Shown here one piece after another: positions 13,463 to 29,186 of a DNA stretch of 64,000 bases (positions within the stretch are counted from its first letter, which is position 1; each line of letters opens with the position of its first letter). The notes beneath the pieces were generated by a model. The model had not been told where the DNA came from. It did not search any database and was given only the letters and a program-made list of their open reading frames with translations. The translations under genes were made by a program, and so were the position numbers. Location of the stretch: the NCBI GenBank assembly GCA_964016885.1, contig OZ024752.1, positions 19,406,001-19,470,000 on the forward strand. Reading direction: 5' to 3'. Source of the stretch: Eledone cirrhosa (lineage: Eukaryota).

Positions 13463-14133
13463 CAACGTAGCTACCCGAGACATCCTATCTAGGTCAACAA
13501 AGCTACCCGAGACAACCTATCTAGGTCAACGTAGCTACCAGAGACATCCTAACTAGTCAACAAAGCTACCCGAGAAATCCTATCTAGGTCAACGTAGCTA
13601 CTGGAGACAACCTATCTAGGTCAACAAAGCTACCCGAGACATCCTATCTAGGTCAACGTAGCTACTCGAGACAACCTATCTAGGCCAACGTAGCTACCAG
13701 AGACATCCTATCTAGGTCAACGTAGCTACCAGAGACATCCTATCTAGGTCAACAAATCTACCCGAGACAACCTATCTAGGTCAACAAAGCTACCCGAGAC
13801 AACCTATCTGGTCAGCGTAGCTACCCGAGATAACCTATCTAGGTCAACGAAGCTACCCGAGAATCCTATCTAGGTCAACGAAGCTACCCGAGACAACCTA
13901 TCTAGGTCAACGAAGCTACTCGAGACATCCTATCTAGGTCAACGAAGCTAGCCGAGACAACCTATCTAGGTCAACGAAGCTACTCGAGACAACCTCTCTA
14001 GGTCAACGAAGCTACTCGAGACAACCTATGTAGGTCAACGAAGCTACTCGAGACAACCTATCTAGGTCAACGAAGCTACTCGAGACAACCTATGTAGGTC
14101 AACTAAGCTACCCGAGATATCCTATCTAGGTCA
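13463..14133. repeat. 32-bp minisatellite (CAACGAAGCTACCCGAGACAACCTATCTAGGT), about 21 copies
   Basis: Direct tandem periodicity, no spacers. Confidence 0.95.
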
Positions 14134-14234
14134 AGATCATAATTTTGTTGTTTTTCTCATATGTTCACCTTACAAGTTATAAAGCCTTAAAATTGCTTTA
14201 GAGCAATGCTAGAAATAGTTATATATACACACAG

Positions 14235-14277
<43 letters not shown>

Positions 14278-14281
14278 GATA

Positions 14282-14467
14282 TATGAAAAAGTATGACCCC
14301 GACGGCAGAGCTCAGGCCGTTTCGACGGCTATTTCCAGAAATAGCCGTAGAAACGGCTTGAGCTCTGCCGTCGGGGTCATACCTTTTCCTATTAGCCACT
14401 CTACTACCCTAAGTATTGAGTACTTTGGTGCGTTATGGTCCATCTGGTTCCTTACCTCAACTCCTTC

Positions 14468-14472
<5 letters not shown>
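14282..14472 (+). mobile_element. Pseudo-LTR-like repeat family B with fold-back palindrome and 3' half of a hammerhead
   Basis: GAAA-CGGC ttgagctct GCCG-TC-GGGGTC; other copies at about 17925-18060, 21655-21725 (-), 30300-30385, 33248-33440 and 34130-34257; most abut (TA)n. Confidence 0.7.
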
Positions 14473-14509
<37 letters not shown>

Positions 14510-15280
14510 AAAAAGAAATACACAGATACATGCGAATACATACATATACATGCATATACACACATATATCCCTGAATGTGTGTGGTGCCAACCTTAACTG
14601 TTGTTGCTGTATGATTAATAGGGACAAAATAATCTGAAGGAATTAGATTGACTCTATAACAGAGCTATATAATACATTATAAAAAAAGAAGAAACATTAG
14701 ACATAAATAAAACAATATATAAATACCGAATATTCCTCTACAATCTCGACTGTACAGTTTCGCGAAACTGCACAGTCGAGAATGTAGAGGAATATTCGGT
14801 ATTTATATATATTTTTTTATTTATGACTAATGTTTTTTTCTTTCTTTATAATGTATTATATATATATATATATATATTATAAAGAAAACGAAAAATCAGT
14901 GATGCATCTGGGCTTAGTTTATTTCGTGTTACAAATGTTACGCCGGCATGTAGCTCGAGTCATGGTCCTTGTATGGATCTGGCTGATTCTACTTCTGCAG
15001 GTTCTTTCAGACACGGGTGTTACGTCCGGAGCAAATTTTATCACTCGTAACATTTGTAACACGAAATAAACTAAGTCCAGATGCATCACTGATTTTTCGT
15101 TTTCTTTATAATATCTACACTCTACTCTGAATATCGAGTGCTAATTTTGGCAAACCGCCTATGGAAGCACCATAGCTACCACTATACACAACTATATATA
15201 TATATGAAGACTAAAATCCAAAGAGGGCTCGATAAGGATAAATATATATCAAATATATAAGAACCGTAGAGCAAATATTT

Positions 15281-17689
<2,409 letters not shown>

Positions 17690-18058
17690 GATTGGTGCTC
17701 TGAAATAGCGATGTATACATGAATGTATGTATAGTATATTAGATGTTTTTAACACCAAATGTCTATGGAAAATACTAGGTATCAGGTGGGATAACTTCAC
17801 CACCAACAAAGAAGTCTGTCAACGAACCCAGCAACAACGTGTTGTCTAACATCATGTGGGAATGTCAACTTGGCAATTTTGATGCTTGCCCTGGGCACCG
17901 TTTACCCTAGCTACGCCACTGAGTCCAGAATTAGTCATCGAAACGGCTTGAGCTCAGCCGTCGGGGTCCTACTCGTTCCTATTACCCACTCTACTACCCT
18001 AAGTATTGAGTATTCTGGTGCGTTATGGTCCACCTGGTTCCTTACCACATTTCCTTCG

Positions 18059-18151
<93 letters not shown>

Positions 18152-18934
18152 CAGACATATTGAGAGACATTTAACAGAGATATGCAGAAATGTAAAATGT
18201 TAAGTAAATACTGTAAAAATAACGAAAGTAAGGAAGATATCCCGAAAAGAAGGTGCAGAAGATGATTTTAAAATAAACAAAGAGAAATGTGTTAAGAAAG
18301 AGAGCTATAAATATCAACAGAAGAATTATGAGTAACCATCAAATATTTCTATCGTAATGCAGGCTGTTACAACGCTTAAGTCAGTTCTTTAATTTCGCAG
18401 TTGGAATTGTTTTCCTTCTTTCCAGCATATCTTAAACTAAAATGTACTAACTCATTTGATAAGTTTAATTTCGTTGAGTTATTCCAGTTCAAATTCTCTC
18501 CGGCTATTCTTTGTAAATTATATTTAAGGTATTTGAAGTGGTAGCGATCGAATTCGTTGAAACTTGCGCAGCTCTACCGAACAAGATAATCATGTTCTTA
18601 GAAATATGGTTATGTTATCAAAAGTTAGTAACGGTGACATAAGTAGACTATCTTGGACCAACAAAAAGGAAAGAAGCTGGTCGTCAGGTCGGACCAAAGA
18701 AAATATGTCTCCATTGGAGACCATTAAAAACAATGTTTTTAGTGGTCTTTCCATTGCTGATACTATCTGCCAGTCACAACTCCTGGCAAAATGAGGCGGG
18801 ATTTGAACTCAAAACGCAGAGGCCTAGATCAGATACTGTAAAGTACCAATTCAGAAACGGAAGATTTGTAAAAGTTAAATTGTCAGACGGGATCGTCTGA
18901 CTATTTAACTTTTACAAATCTTCCGTTTCTGAAT

Positions 18935-19060
18935 TGGTACTTTATTTATCGACCCCGAAAGGAGGAAAGGCAAAGCTAACCTCGGCGTGATTTGAACACG
19001 GAACACAGAGAATCGGAATTATTGATGACACTCTAATGATTCTACCAACTCACTGCCACC
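18935..19060 (-). mobile_element. Diverged family-1 SINE fragment
   Basis: GGTACTTTATTTATCGACCCCGAAAGGAGGAAAGGCAAAGCTAACCTCGGCG. Confidence 0.75.
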
Positions 19061-19659
19061 AACCGGTACATTAGCTCTCACTTTGAAGGATATACCTTTG
19101 AAACCCATCCCTAAAGAGATGCAGGTAAAATGCTTAGATACGACCCATAAAGCTCAAGGAAGATGCCATTCGCATTATAAGCACCAGTCTCAACAATTCA
19201 TCTCTCGACTATTTACTTTCGAGACATAATGTGACTAAAATATACAATGAAATTCAGAAAAAGTACAGTGTTGAAGTTAAAAATATAAGAAGTTAGAATG
19301 GTATAGAGGACATACTCGTAATATAAATGAATACCGACGGAATGTCTCTGTTAAAAGCTCTGTAAAATATAAACAGACCCGACATCTAGGATTAAGTAAG
19401 TTTGTACAATAGTAGAAATCAGTTTCTTGAAGGAATATTAGTGGAAGCTAAAAATAAGAAAACACACAACTGGCTTGATGTTGTTGTTTGGAACGAAAGA
19501 TTGAAAACATGGTGTAGAAGTCAGCTGTCCACTCGAACGGGGGATATCTACGATTGATGAGAAGTTTGTAAATCCAGTAAGCAAAATACATGTTCAGTTT
19601 CATACCGGTATTTACTCCAGATTTTGTGTTGATAAGTCAGAGTAACAACTGAATAATAG

Positions 19660-21640
19660 AATGAACTCTATAGATAATGAAATGAACACAACCACAAGGA
19701 TATGGTCCGAACGTGGAAGAGTCGAATTCCCACTCTCATCGCCGCCATCTCTCTCGTCCTCCCCATCTCCCTATATGGTGAGCAAATGGGGTCCCAAGTG
19801 CTGGCCTCCCTACAGCCCCGACAGACAAAATGGAGAAGGCGTTTCCTCGGAGGATGGTAAGGGAGATGCGCTGGAAGAGCCATTTCAACTCATGAAGCTC
19901 ACACCTGCGGCTGGCCAGCTTAGCGCCTATGGTGGTGAGTAGGGAGGTTGCCCAGAAGTCTCCACTGCCAAGGGTACGACGGCAAACCTGTCGTAGAGCG
20001 ACCGGTACTTGGAGAATTTGGCCTCCTCAGATCAAAGTGCAGCAGAACCTGGGTTAGTCGCAGACTGCACCAGGTTGCGGCTGGAGAAAGTGTCGCTTCA
20101 TGTGGCATCTTAGACGAGGGGTTTGCCACCGCGGAACGAGACTGTGGTCATACCATCTGGCCTTTTGCCGTCCTCTCGGTCCAGCCCCACCGGCTCGAGC
20201 TGGGAGGGGAAGCCTGCAGCATCCAAGCCATGCTTTATGACCTCGTTGAGGGCAGCATGGCGTAGAAGGTGGCCGGCCCTGTGGCGATAGGAAAGCGGGT
20301 GGAGGCCGAAAGAGTCCACGGTGGATCCACAGTGACATTGGTGTGACTCGCAGATCTAGAGTCCAAGCCTCAGGGAAACGCCGATGCGCAGGATATCGTT
20401 GTCCATCTGCGTGCCAGTGGGGAAGGAGGGCAAGGCATGGAGCCAGGCACCACTGTGGAGTTTGGAGGCCGCGCGAAAACAGGCAAGGTGGTACTGGTCG
20501 AGCTGGCGCGTGAGCCTGTCTGAAGCCAGGCTGTACTGGATGGCATCCCAAATGCTTTGGGGGGACTTGACGTCAACAGCGGGAGAAGGACGAGGGACGT
20601 CTACTGGCTAAGTCCTAGCCAGTCCCATGTCTCACAGGCAGCCTCACATTCCCCTATCACAGAGGGTTCCATTGTGTTTTGGAGAGCCCTGCTGACGAGG
20701 ACGCGGCATGAGGTTTCCGACGAAAGAAACGCCGGCAAAACCAGCGAGATCGAGGACCGGAGTCCAAGGCCACCATATCTGACAGGTAAAGTGGCCTGTT
20801 GCCATCCAATGTCGTTAATCCTGATGTTGCATATCTCTTCGGCTGCCGCTCGGATACAAGTGTCGAGGTCAGCGTGGAGAGATGCGTGGCTGTAGCACGA
20901 AGCGCCGCGACGGGTATAGAGGAGCTTCGGCATGGCGAAGCAGTTTCTCAACAGGAAGAGTACAGGGTGGCCGTCAATCAAGCCCAGTCGGCTCGTGAGG
21001 ATCTTGAGTTGCTGCAGCCTGGACCTGATGGTCGAGCGGATGGCCAGCGGGTTGATCAGTGACCCGATGATGAGGTCATCCTCTTTGGGGATTACCTGTA
21101 CCTCGTGGAGAATGGACTGAACGTCCGAGACAGAGGCTGCAAACATCTCAGCATCGTGGTTGACATTCACCACCTCCCACTTGGTTGAGTTGACCTGGAG
21201 GCCGATTCCCACCAGGGCAGGAACCATCGATTGTAGGGCATGGCAGACTGTATCTACGGGCCCGCCCAATGTAGCCTCATCCAGGTACCAAACGTTGAGA
21301 GGGGCCGTGGTACTCCGAGCGATGTGGTCTATACCAAGAGTAAACAGGAAGGGACCCAAAGGGTCACCCTGTTGGACTCCAGTGGCTGAAGGTATGACCA
21401 TAGCAGCAGGGAGCATGCTCGGTGCTTCATATGACAGGTAGGCCAGCGGGTAGGCCTAGGGGGCTCGGTTGAGACAGGCCTCGAGCAGATGGTCACAGCG
21501 TAGGCAGTTAAAGGCATACCTCATGTCAAGCTTGACAATGAGGTGCCTGGAGTCCCTGGATGCCGGTTCCGGTGGGCAGCTATTGAAGAACTGCTTGGCT
21601 GTATGTGCGGCCCCCTCACAGTCACCGGATGCATCGGACT
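19660..21640 (-). mobile_element. 5'-truncated CRE-like RLE non-LTR retrotransposon (degenerate)
   Basis: VKLDMRYAFN, GVQQGDPLGP, VWYLDE (YLDD variant), LPVRYGGLGL, RHAALNE, GKRPDG and C-terminal LFQRISLTILRGNA; GC-rich relative to flanks. Confidence 0.85.
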
Positions 21641-21752
21641 GTATAAATATATATATAACGAAGGAGTTGTGGTAAGGAACCAGATGGACCATAGCGCACC
21701 AGAGTACTCAATACTTAGGGTAGTGCATTATTAATCAAACAGTTGCCATTTA

Positions 21753-22990
21753 TGGCAACTGTTTGATTAATAATTGTTTCTACTTTAGGCACAAGGCCAG
21801 CAATTACCCAGTGCATTACTGGTACTTTATTTTATCGACCCCGTAAGGATGAAAGGCAAAGTCAACTGTTTGATTAATAATGTAATATATAAATGCACTG
21901 TGTCTACTACTGATTCCAACAAAACATATATAGGATCTACATCAAACACATTTAAGAAAAGATATTACGCACACTCCAGTAGTTTTAACAATACTAATCC
22001 AGCTAACACCATATCCTTTAGCTGAAGCAGTAAATGAATATAAAAAGAAAGAAATAGATTTCAAACTATCGTGGAATACCATTCTACAAAGAACTCCATA
22101 TCTTGAGAACGGGAGAGAATGCAGATTATGTTCCGGTGAGATCTTGGAAATTACTAAATCTAAAGACGATTTATTGAATAAACGACAAGAACTGATTATA
22201 GTTTGTAATCACCGTATACAAAAAACATTTAAATACTATAAACCTAACTAAACATTCTAGGTAACAGCTCACTATAGTTCTATGTGACGAACCTTTTTAT
22301 TAATATCCCTTTCTCCTAAAATCTTTTAACCTTTTAATTTTTTAGCTTCCATAGATTCATGTGTTACTGACTATTTTATTACATTATATTATATTAATAT
22401 ATTATTGTATTTAATTATCTTATTATAATTTTAATATACTATCCTTCCTAATTACGACCATTAACTTACCTATCTATATTTATTCTAGTTATTTCCGTAT
22501 ATCTCATATCTCTTTATTTATATTCACCTAAACAATTCCATTCAACACAACTCAACATACAACATTTTTAAAAATTTCACTACACCAACTACAATCCACT
22601 ATTAATACAATCCCCTTTCTCTATAAGTAATTCTATTTTTAACACCTTTCAACCATTTCTTTAAAAAGGTCGTGACCTTAGCTAGAATGGGTTTTATTTC
22701 GCTTTAGCATCATTTGCCAAAATACCATTTGATTGGTTTATTCTTCGACAGCCTCCAAATAAGGTCACTAAACCCAATTTACTACTGATATTGAATAAAA
22801 TTCTCATTGCTTTTGACAACAGCTGATGATATACAAGTAGGTAAATATTTTCCTTATCTGATATTTTGTAACTAACCTTACATAGATCGATAACGAAATA
22901 TGCGTACGATGTATTATTATCACCTAGAAACGATCGTAAAGCAGTGAAGTATTTTCCTAATGACTTGAATTTTTATTTCATTGTTTTAAC
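21753..22990 (+). mobile_element. Penelope-like GIY-YIG fragment PLE-3 plus AT-rich 3' region (not in the ORF track)
   Basis: Reads GNCLINN/VIYKCTVSTTDSNKTYIGSTSNTFKKRYYAH ... CRLC ... LLNKRQELIIVCNHR, ending near 22250; degenerate CTGATGA...GAAA at about 22823-22898. Confidence 0.8.
21775..21862 (-). mobile_element. 5'-truncated family-1 SINE inserted in PLE-3, with about 19-bp TSD
   Basis: CAACTGTTTGATTAATAAT at 21756-21774 and 21863-21881. Confidence 0.85.
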
Positions 22991-23027
22991 TTATATATAT
23001 ATATATAAATATATATATATATAAAGG

Positions 23028-23116
<89 letters not shown>

Positions 23117-23572
23117 TACATATACGTGTTTTGCAACGGGTCACTTTGTGGCTCAATGAAAAGTTAATAAATTAAATAATCAGAGCTATATATAATAAAA
23201 CATGTCTATAGAATCACCAAATAAAATATATACCATTTCCTCTCCCAATTAGCATAATTAACCATATAAAAAATCGAATAGATCAAGCTATAAGAATAAG
23301 GCTTCTATGAAGAAATCTCCAACAAATAACCGAAACCAGCCCTTTGCGCCGGCTGCGACGGAATATTTATCGAATAGTTCGACAGCGTAATCGCCCAGAT
23401 ATACAGTCAATTAAACAGAATTAGGTGTAAAATAAACTAGGAGAAAAGAGAATACATTTATTTACCTCGACCATGGTTTCGTCCGCATTTTAAGATATCC
23501 GATAACTTCGGAACCTTGAATGGATTCTTGGCGCGATCAGTTGGGAAAATTTATTGTCTAGATTTGAGCTAA

Positions 23573-23645
23573 CTCCTGAAGAGTCCGGTGCTCAAGGTTC
23601 CGATGTTATCGGATATCTTAAAATGCGGACGAAACCATGGTCGAG
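23573..23645 (+). ncRNA. Type I hammerhead ribozyme (family H1)
   Basis: ctc-CTGAAGA-gtccg...cggac-GAAA-ccatgg-TC-gag; stem III palindrome ACCATGGT; GUC cleavage triplet. Confidence 0.85.
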
Positions 23646-24002
23646 GTAAATAAATGTATTCTCTTTTCTCCTAGTTTATTTTACACCTAATTCTGTTTAA
23701 TTGACTGTATATCTGGGCGATTACGCTGTCGAAGTATTCGATAAATATTCCGTCGCAGCCGGCACGAAGGGCTGGTTTCGGTTATTTGTTGGAGATTTCT
23801 TCATAGAAGCCTTATTCTTATAGCTTGATCTATTCGATTTTTTATATGGTTAATTATGCTAATTGGGAGAGGAAATGGTATATATTTTATCTGGTGATTC
23901 TATAGACATGTTTTATGATATATAGCTCTGATTATTTAATTTATTAACTTTTCATTGAGCCACAAAGTGACCCGTTGCAAAACACGTATATGTATATATG
24001 TA

Positions 24003-24043
<41 letters not shown>

Positions 24044-24081
24044 CTTTATATGTAATAATCACCCGTTAGGTTGAGACGCAA

Positions 24082-25691
24082 CCATGCCTCTCCTGGTCTT
24101 GATGGTGTTACGTACCTGCTTCTTAAACGTGGTGCGTATTTCCTTCTGCACCAGTTATCACGCTTCTTCCAATTCTGTCTGAACACCAGTGCTACTCCAG
24201 AATAGTGGAAAACTGCCAGTGTCATTCCTCTGTTCAAAAAGGGTGACCGCACATCACCTGTGAACTATCGTCCAGTCAGTCTTACTAGTTGCATCGCCAA
24301 ACTGATGGAATCCTGTGTCAGAGAAACACTTTGGAACTTCTGGAGCTCTCACAGTCTTATCCAGCCCTCGCAATTTGGATTTATCCCCAACTCCAACTGC
24401 TGTGATCAACTTATAGAGTTTCTTGAGGACATCACCCGGATCACTGATGGCGGCTCATGGGTGGATGTTGTTTACCTTGACTTTGCGAAAGCCTTCAATT
24501 CTGTGCCACACAAAAGGCTTATGGCAAAACTCTCTGCAATGGGTGTGAAGGATGATCTTTTTAACTGGTTGATGTCCTTCATTCTCAGTCGAAGAGAGGT
24601 AGTCATGGTTCTGGGACAGCATTTCTCACCATATGAGATGTCATCTGGTGTACCACAGGGATCTGTTCTTGGCCCCCTTTTGTTTGTGGCATATATTAAT
24701 GACATAGATGCCAACTTTAAGAATGCCACGGTACTAAAGTACGCAGACGACATCAAGCTCTACCTTGAGATAAAAAGGACAGATCCTGAACACTATAGAT
24801 CTTGCTTGCAGTCTGACCTGGACACAATGCAACAATGGATCTCAGACTGGCAACTCAAGCTAGCTGTGGACAAGTGCACCACCATACATTTTGGGAGTAA
24901 AAACCCAGCGTCCACATACTCCCTCCACAGCACTAATATCAAGAAGTCTTCTTGTGAACGTGACCTGGGCATTTCGGTCAGCAGCGATTTGCGTTGGACG
25001 AAGCACGTCTCTAAAATTGTCAAGAGGGCCGAGGGTGTCTTAGCATCACTCAGCAAGACCTTTGTCAGCCGCTCTCCAGATATCTATTTAAGGCTGTACA
25101 TGGCTATGGTGCGACCACACTTAGAATTTGCATCACCAGTCTGGAACCCCTATCTTGCTCAGAACATTGACCGCCTGGAAACTGTTCAGAGACATGCAAC
25201 CAAGCGAATACCCTCCATCAGGCATCTACCATACTTTGAGCGCCTTGCTTCCCTGGGCATGGATACATTGAAGCTCCGACGCCTGGCAGCTGACTTGGTA
25301 AACACCCACAAAATTGTTAACCATGTTGCCAACAACAACCCTGAGTACCTTTTTGATATCCATGTGTCTAACACACGTGGACATGCCCACAAAGTCAGAA
25401 AACAGCACAGTTCCCATGACTTTCGGAAACATTTTTTCACGCTCAGAGTTGGAACAAACTACCTTCATCAGTTGTTAGCTGTCGAGACACTGCATCTTTT
25501 AAGGCCTCCATGCTTCCCGAGATCCGCCAACACTACAGCTAATGTTCCCCCTCCATACACATACACACATGTATACCATGACACTGTTCACTTCCCTGAC
25601 ATTTGTGTATTATTCTATGTACTATACATACACCTTTGACGAGTTGTAGTGCACCTGAGCACTTTACACAATAATTTCATTATTATTATTA
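24082..25691 (+). mobile_element. 5'-truncated CR1/L2-type (Jockey group) LINE
   Basis: SPGLDG, VIPLFKKG, NYRPVSLTS, YLDFAKAFNSV, GVPQGSVLGP, YADD, VRPHLEFASPVWNP, TRGH; long open frame 24260-25639; (ATT)n tail. Confidence 0.95.
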
Positions 25692-25832
25692 TTTCTAGCA
25701 AAAAGCCACCAGCCGTAAGCAACTAACCACACTCCTTCCAACCTGACCGCTGCTACGTCACGATTCTTAGCCATTTTTGAATGGATTCTTGGCGCGATCA
25801 CTTTGGAAAATTTATTGTCTAGACTTGAGCTA

Positions 25833-25905
25833 CTCCTGAAGAGTCCGGTGCTCAAGGTTCCGAAGTTATCGGATATCTTAAAATGCGCACGAAACCATGG
25901 TCGAG
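25833..25905 (+). ncRNA. Type I hammerhead ribozyme (family H1, second tandem copy)
   Basis: Same as 23573-23645, with one stem II mismatch (cgcac). Confidence 0.75.
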
Positions 25906-26165
25906 GTAAATAAATGTATTCTCTTTTCTCCTAGCTTATTTTACACCTAATTCTGTTTAATTGACTGTATATCTGGGCGATTACGCTGTCGAAATATTCG
26001 ATAAATATTCCGTCGCAGCCGGTGAGGGTGCAATATGATCCAAAAATCGATTAGAAATGATCTTCATTTTTTCAATTTACTGTGTAATTCGTATTTTCTG
26101 GCATGTTTACATGCCTCCAAATTATATTTGTGTATATACACTTTGGTGCAGTCTCACACACACTG

Positions 26166-26227
<62 letters not shown>

Positions 26228-26281
26228 GTATGGTGTATCATGAGAATGTGTCACGAAAGAACTTTGATAAATACATAAATA

Positions 26282-26404
26282 ACGAACAATAAAGTCAAAA
26301 TGAAAATTATATGGTGCAAGTGTTTCTATTTGGCAACATGGCCATCCTCGAATATATATATATATATATATAATATATATTCGAGGATGGTCATGTTGCC
26401 AATA

Positions 26405-26478
<74 letters not shown>

Positions 26479-26545
26479 GGGGATGGTCATGTTGCCAATA
26501 GAAACACTCACACCATATAATTTTCATTTTGACTTTATTGTTCGT
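26282..26545. repeat. Inverted repeat flanking (TA)n with an internal partial duplication
   Basis: 26282-26355 is the reverse complement of about 26474-26545. Confidence 0.85.
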
Positions 26546-26700
26546 AGAGAGTCGGACGCCATGCTTTCCAGCATAGTTACGTCCCTTTACGGTCTGAGTT
26601 CAAATCCCGCCGAGGCCAATTTTGCCTTTCATCCTTACGGGGTCGATAAAGTAGAGTACCAGTAATGTACTGGCCTTGTGCCAAAAATAGAAACAATTAT
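26545..26700 (+). mobile_element. Family-1 SINE, 5'-truncated
   Basis: B box, core and tail. Confidence 0.88.
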
Positions 26701-27062
26701 TTATTTATTCTCCTACAATCTCTCTCTGTTTTACTCTCTCTGTCACTTTCTATCTCTCTTTCATTCACACACACTCTCTCCCTTTTTAATCTTTATATCT
26801 GTTTGTCCTTGAAAAAATATATTTCGTGGCAATATCGAGCATGCCTGACCAGCCTGATGGACGCCTGACCATCTGGCACTTCCATCTGACGGAATGGTGG
26901 TAGTACATTAAAGGCTTTCGCCCCCACACCATAAGGTAGTATCTTATCAGAACTCGAGGGCGGTCGACGTAGATACAAGTTGCTAAAATACCGGCCGCCC
27001 TCTTGTCTCTGATTTAAACATCAAAGATTTTTATCTGATATATTCCTTCGTTATATTTTGAA

Positions 27063-27120
27063 TTACCTGATGAAGTCACTGGATTCATACTGAACCCGGT
27101 CATTGAAATGATCATAGTAA
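27063..27120 (+). ncRNA. Type I hammerhead ribozyme (family H2)
   Basis: ttac-CTGATGA-agt c actgg a ttca tac tgaa c ccggt c att-GAAA-tgatca-TA-gtaa, followed by AATAAA; stem III palindrome ATGATCAT. Confidence 0.85.
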
Positions 27121-27332
27121 AATAAACCTTTCAAGGATTTACACCAGAACATGTCTCCTGTTATTTTGTAATAATTGACTCCGTACTCGCACCACCAACT
27201 ACACAAACGAAGACGGGTGTTGCACTACGTTGAGTGCTTTCCATAACATTACATCGTGGCTGACCACACAGAATGACCAGTTCTATCCAGTGGTGAACCA
27301 GCAAACCCAAATAAATAAATAGATAAGTATAC

Positions 27333-27448
<116 letters not shown>

Positions 27449-27510
27449 TAAAGAATTCCAAGATTCATACAGAAAAAGGAAATAATTCAGAAATAAATAA
27501 ATAGATAAGT

Positions 27511-27582
<72 letters not shown>

Positions 27583-28092
27583 GTATATATATATATATTA
27601 AAGAATTCCAAGATTCATACAGAAAAAGGAAATAATTCAGACATTAGACAAGCCAAGCATAAGACCAGCAAAAACATGAAATAAAATTACAATAAAACTC
27701 TAAACCTGTGCCACGAACCACCATTTTATGTTCGGTTTCTTGTTGTGTGGATATCAAGCGTACAGCCGTAGACGGCACACACGCTTGGTTTCATTGACAG
27801 AAAGAGTAATACATGCATGCAAACATTCATATATATATCAGTTCCTGATTATTACTGGAATTCTATAAGAATCCAGGCTCTATAATTTTCGGCAGAGGCG
27901 GGGAGTACGTTACTCTGAGGAACACAACAGTGTGAAACAGAATCTGTCAGCTTCTCTCCCTTCCTTTGCCGAAAAAGAAGTAAGTGACATAGTCACTACT
28001 TTAAAATAATAGCGCAAGGTCTTCAAAATGTTTTTAATTAAACATATGGTATATTGCCAAATATACTATACATACATTCACATATATATATA

Positions 28093-28172
<80 letters not shown>

Positions 28173-28179
<7 letters not shown>

Positions 28180-28885
28180 AAGGTATATATTGAGTTAGAA
28201 ACTCAAAATAGTCTCTTACAATAAAATAGCTCTAGGAAAGAGATATTATATTTGAATATAAAGGAAAAACAAACACAGATATATATGTGTTCAAATCGTA
28301 AGGGACCAGATTCGCTAAGGTGAAAAGAATACTACCTATAGACAATAGGGTTTGCCAGACTCAATTTAAGAATAAATCAAGAAAATAAATACAAACCGGA
28401 ATTGTGGTAACTACCAATCACCCAGACAGCTTTGATAATGTTGTTTCGCAAAATTAATTGTAAAGAGTAATACCGATTCTTGTTCATCAGTGGATGAAGA
28501 ATTAGTATCCTGGTCACTTCTAAGTATATTAAAAAACTGAATAGTGTGCGTATATATAATAACGCGCATGGTATCTGAACTTAGCGTGTCTCACAAACTC
28601 ACGCCACTAAAAATAGCAGCCAGGTTTACTCGACATTTGAAGTAGATCAACAAATTAACAGAGCCGAATATATCAAAGGTATATATTGAGTTAGAAACTC
28701 AAAATAGTCTCTTACAATAAAATAGCTCTAGGAAAGAGATTTTCCCGAGCCGTATATTATAATTGAATATAAAAGAAAAACAAACACAGATATATACATA
28801 TATATGTTCAGCGAATCTGATCCCTTACGATTTGAACACATATATGTATATATCTGTGTTTGTTTTTCTTTTATGTTCAATTATA
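28173..28885 (-). mobile_element. About 500-nt non-coding hammerhead monomer with terminal redundancy and a terminal inversion (family H3)
   Basis: TCAAAGGTATATATTGAGTTAGAAACTC at 28177 and 28673 (offset 496); 28806-28885 inverts about 28247-28315. Confidence 0.75.
28418..28497 (-). ncRNA. Type I hammerhead ribozyme (family H3)
   Basis: Minus strand: tcatcca-CTGATGA-acaagaat...attttgc-GAAA-caac attatcaaa gctg-TC-tgggtga; 7-bp stem I; GUC triplet. Confidence 0.75.
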
Positions 28886-28990
28886 ATATATATATACATA
28901 TATTTCCATTTTCTATTTTTTACTTTTTAACTTCCGTCCTTAAACCATCCTCAATCCTCCTCGGAGTTCCTGTTCTCCCCCTATCCGAAC

Positions 28991-29026
28991 TTTCCTGATG
29001 AAGGACTTCTGTCCGAAACGTAGAAA
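28991..29026 (+). ncRNA. Minimal type I hammerhead ribozyme (family H4)
   Basis: tttc-CTGATGA-a-ggac ttct gtcc-GAAA-cg-TA-gaaa; ACGT palindromic stem III; GUA triplet. Confidence 0.8.
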
Positions 29027-29104
29027 CATCCTCGAGTTCCACCAAGCGTGAACCTAATATAACTGTACAATTGCCTCCTGTATTTTGTTCGTTTATTTAT
29101 TTTC

Positions 29105-29179
<75 letters not shown>

Positions 29180-29186
<7 letters not shown>

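Larger units (their letters stand above)
23110..26022 (+). mobile_element. Hammerhead-bearing non-coding repeat family H1: inverted arm plus partial tandem dimer, interrupted by a LINE
   Basis: 23110-23519 is the reverse complement of about 23592-24005; the unit restarts at 24040 and resumes at 25692 after the LINE; same family at 40630-41722. Confidence 0.85.

Noticed and set aside
13463-14133. 32-bp repeat array of CRISPR-like unit length
   Set aside because: Head-to-tail with no unique spacers, no cas genes, eukaryotic context
22823-22910. CTGATGA...GAAA downstream of PLE-3
   Set aside because: Positionally plausible, but stem I and the cleavage triplet cannot be assigned; treated as a decayed remnant only
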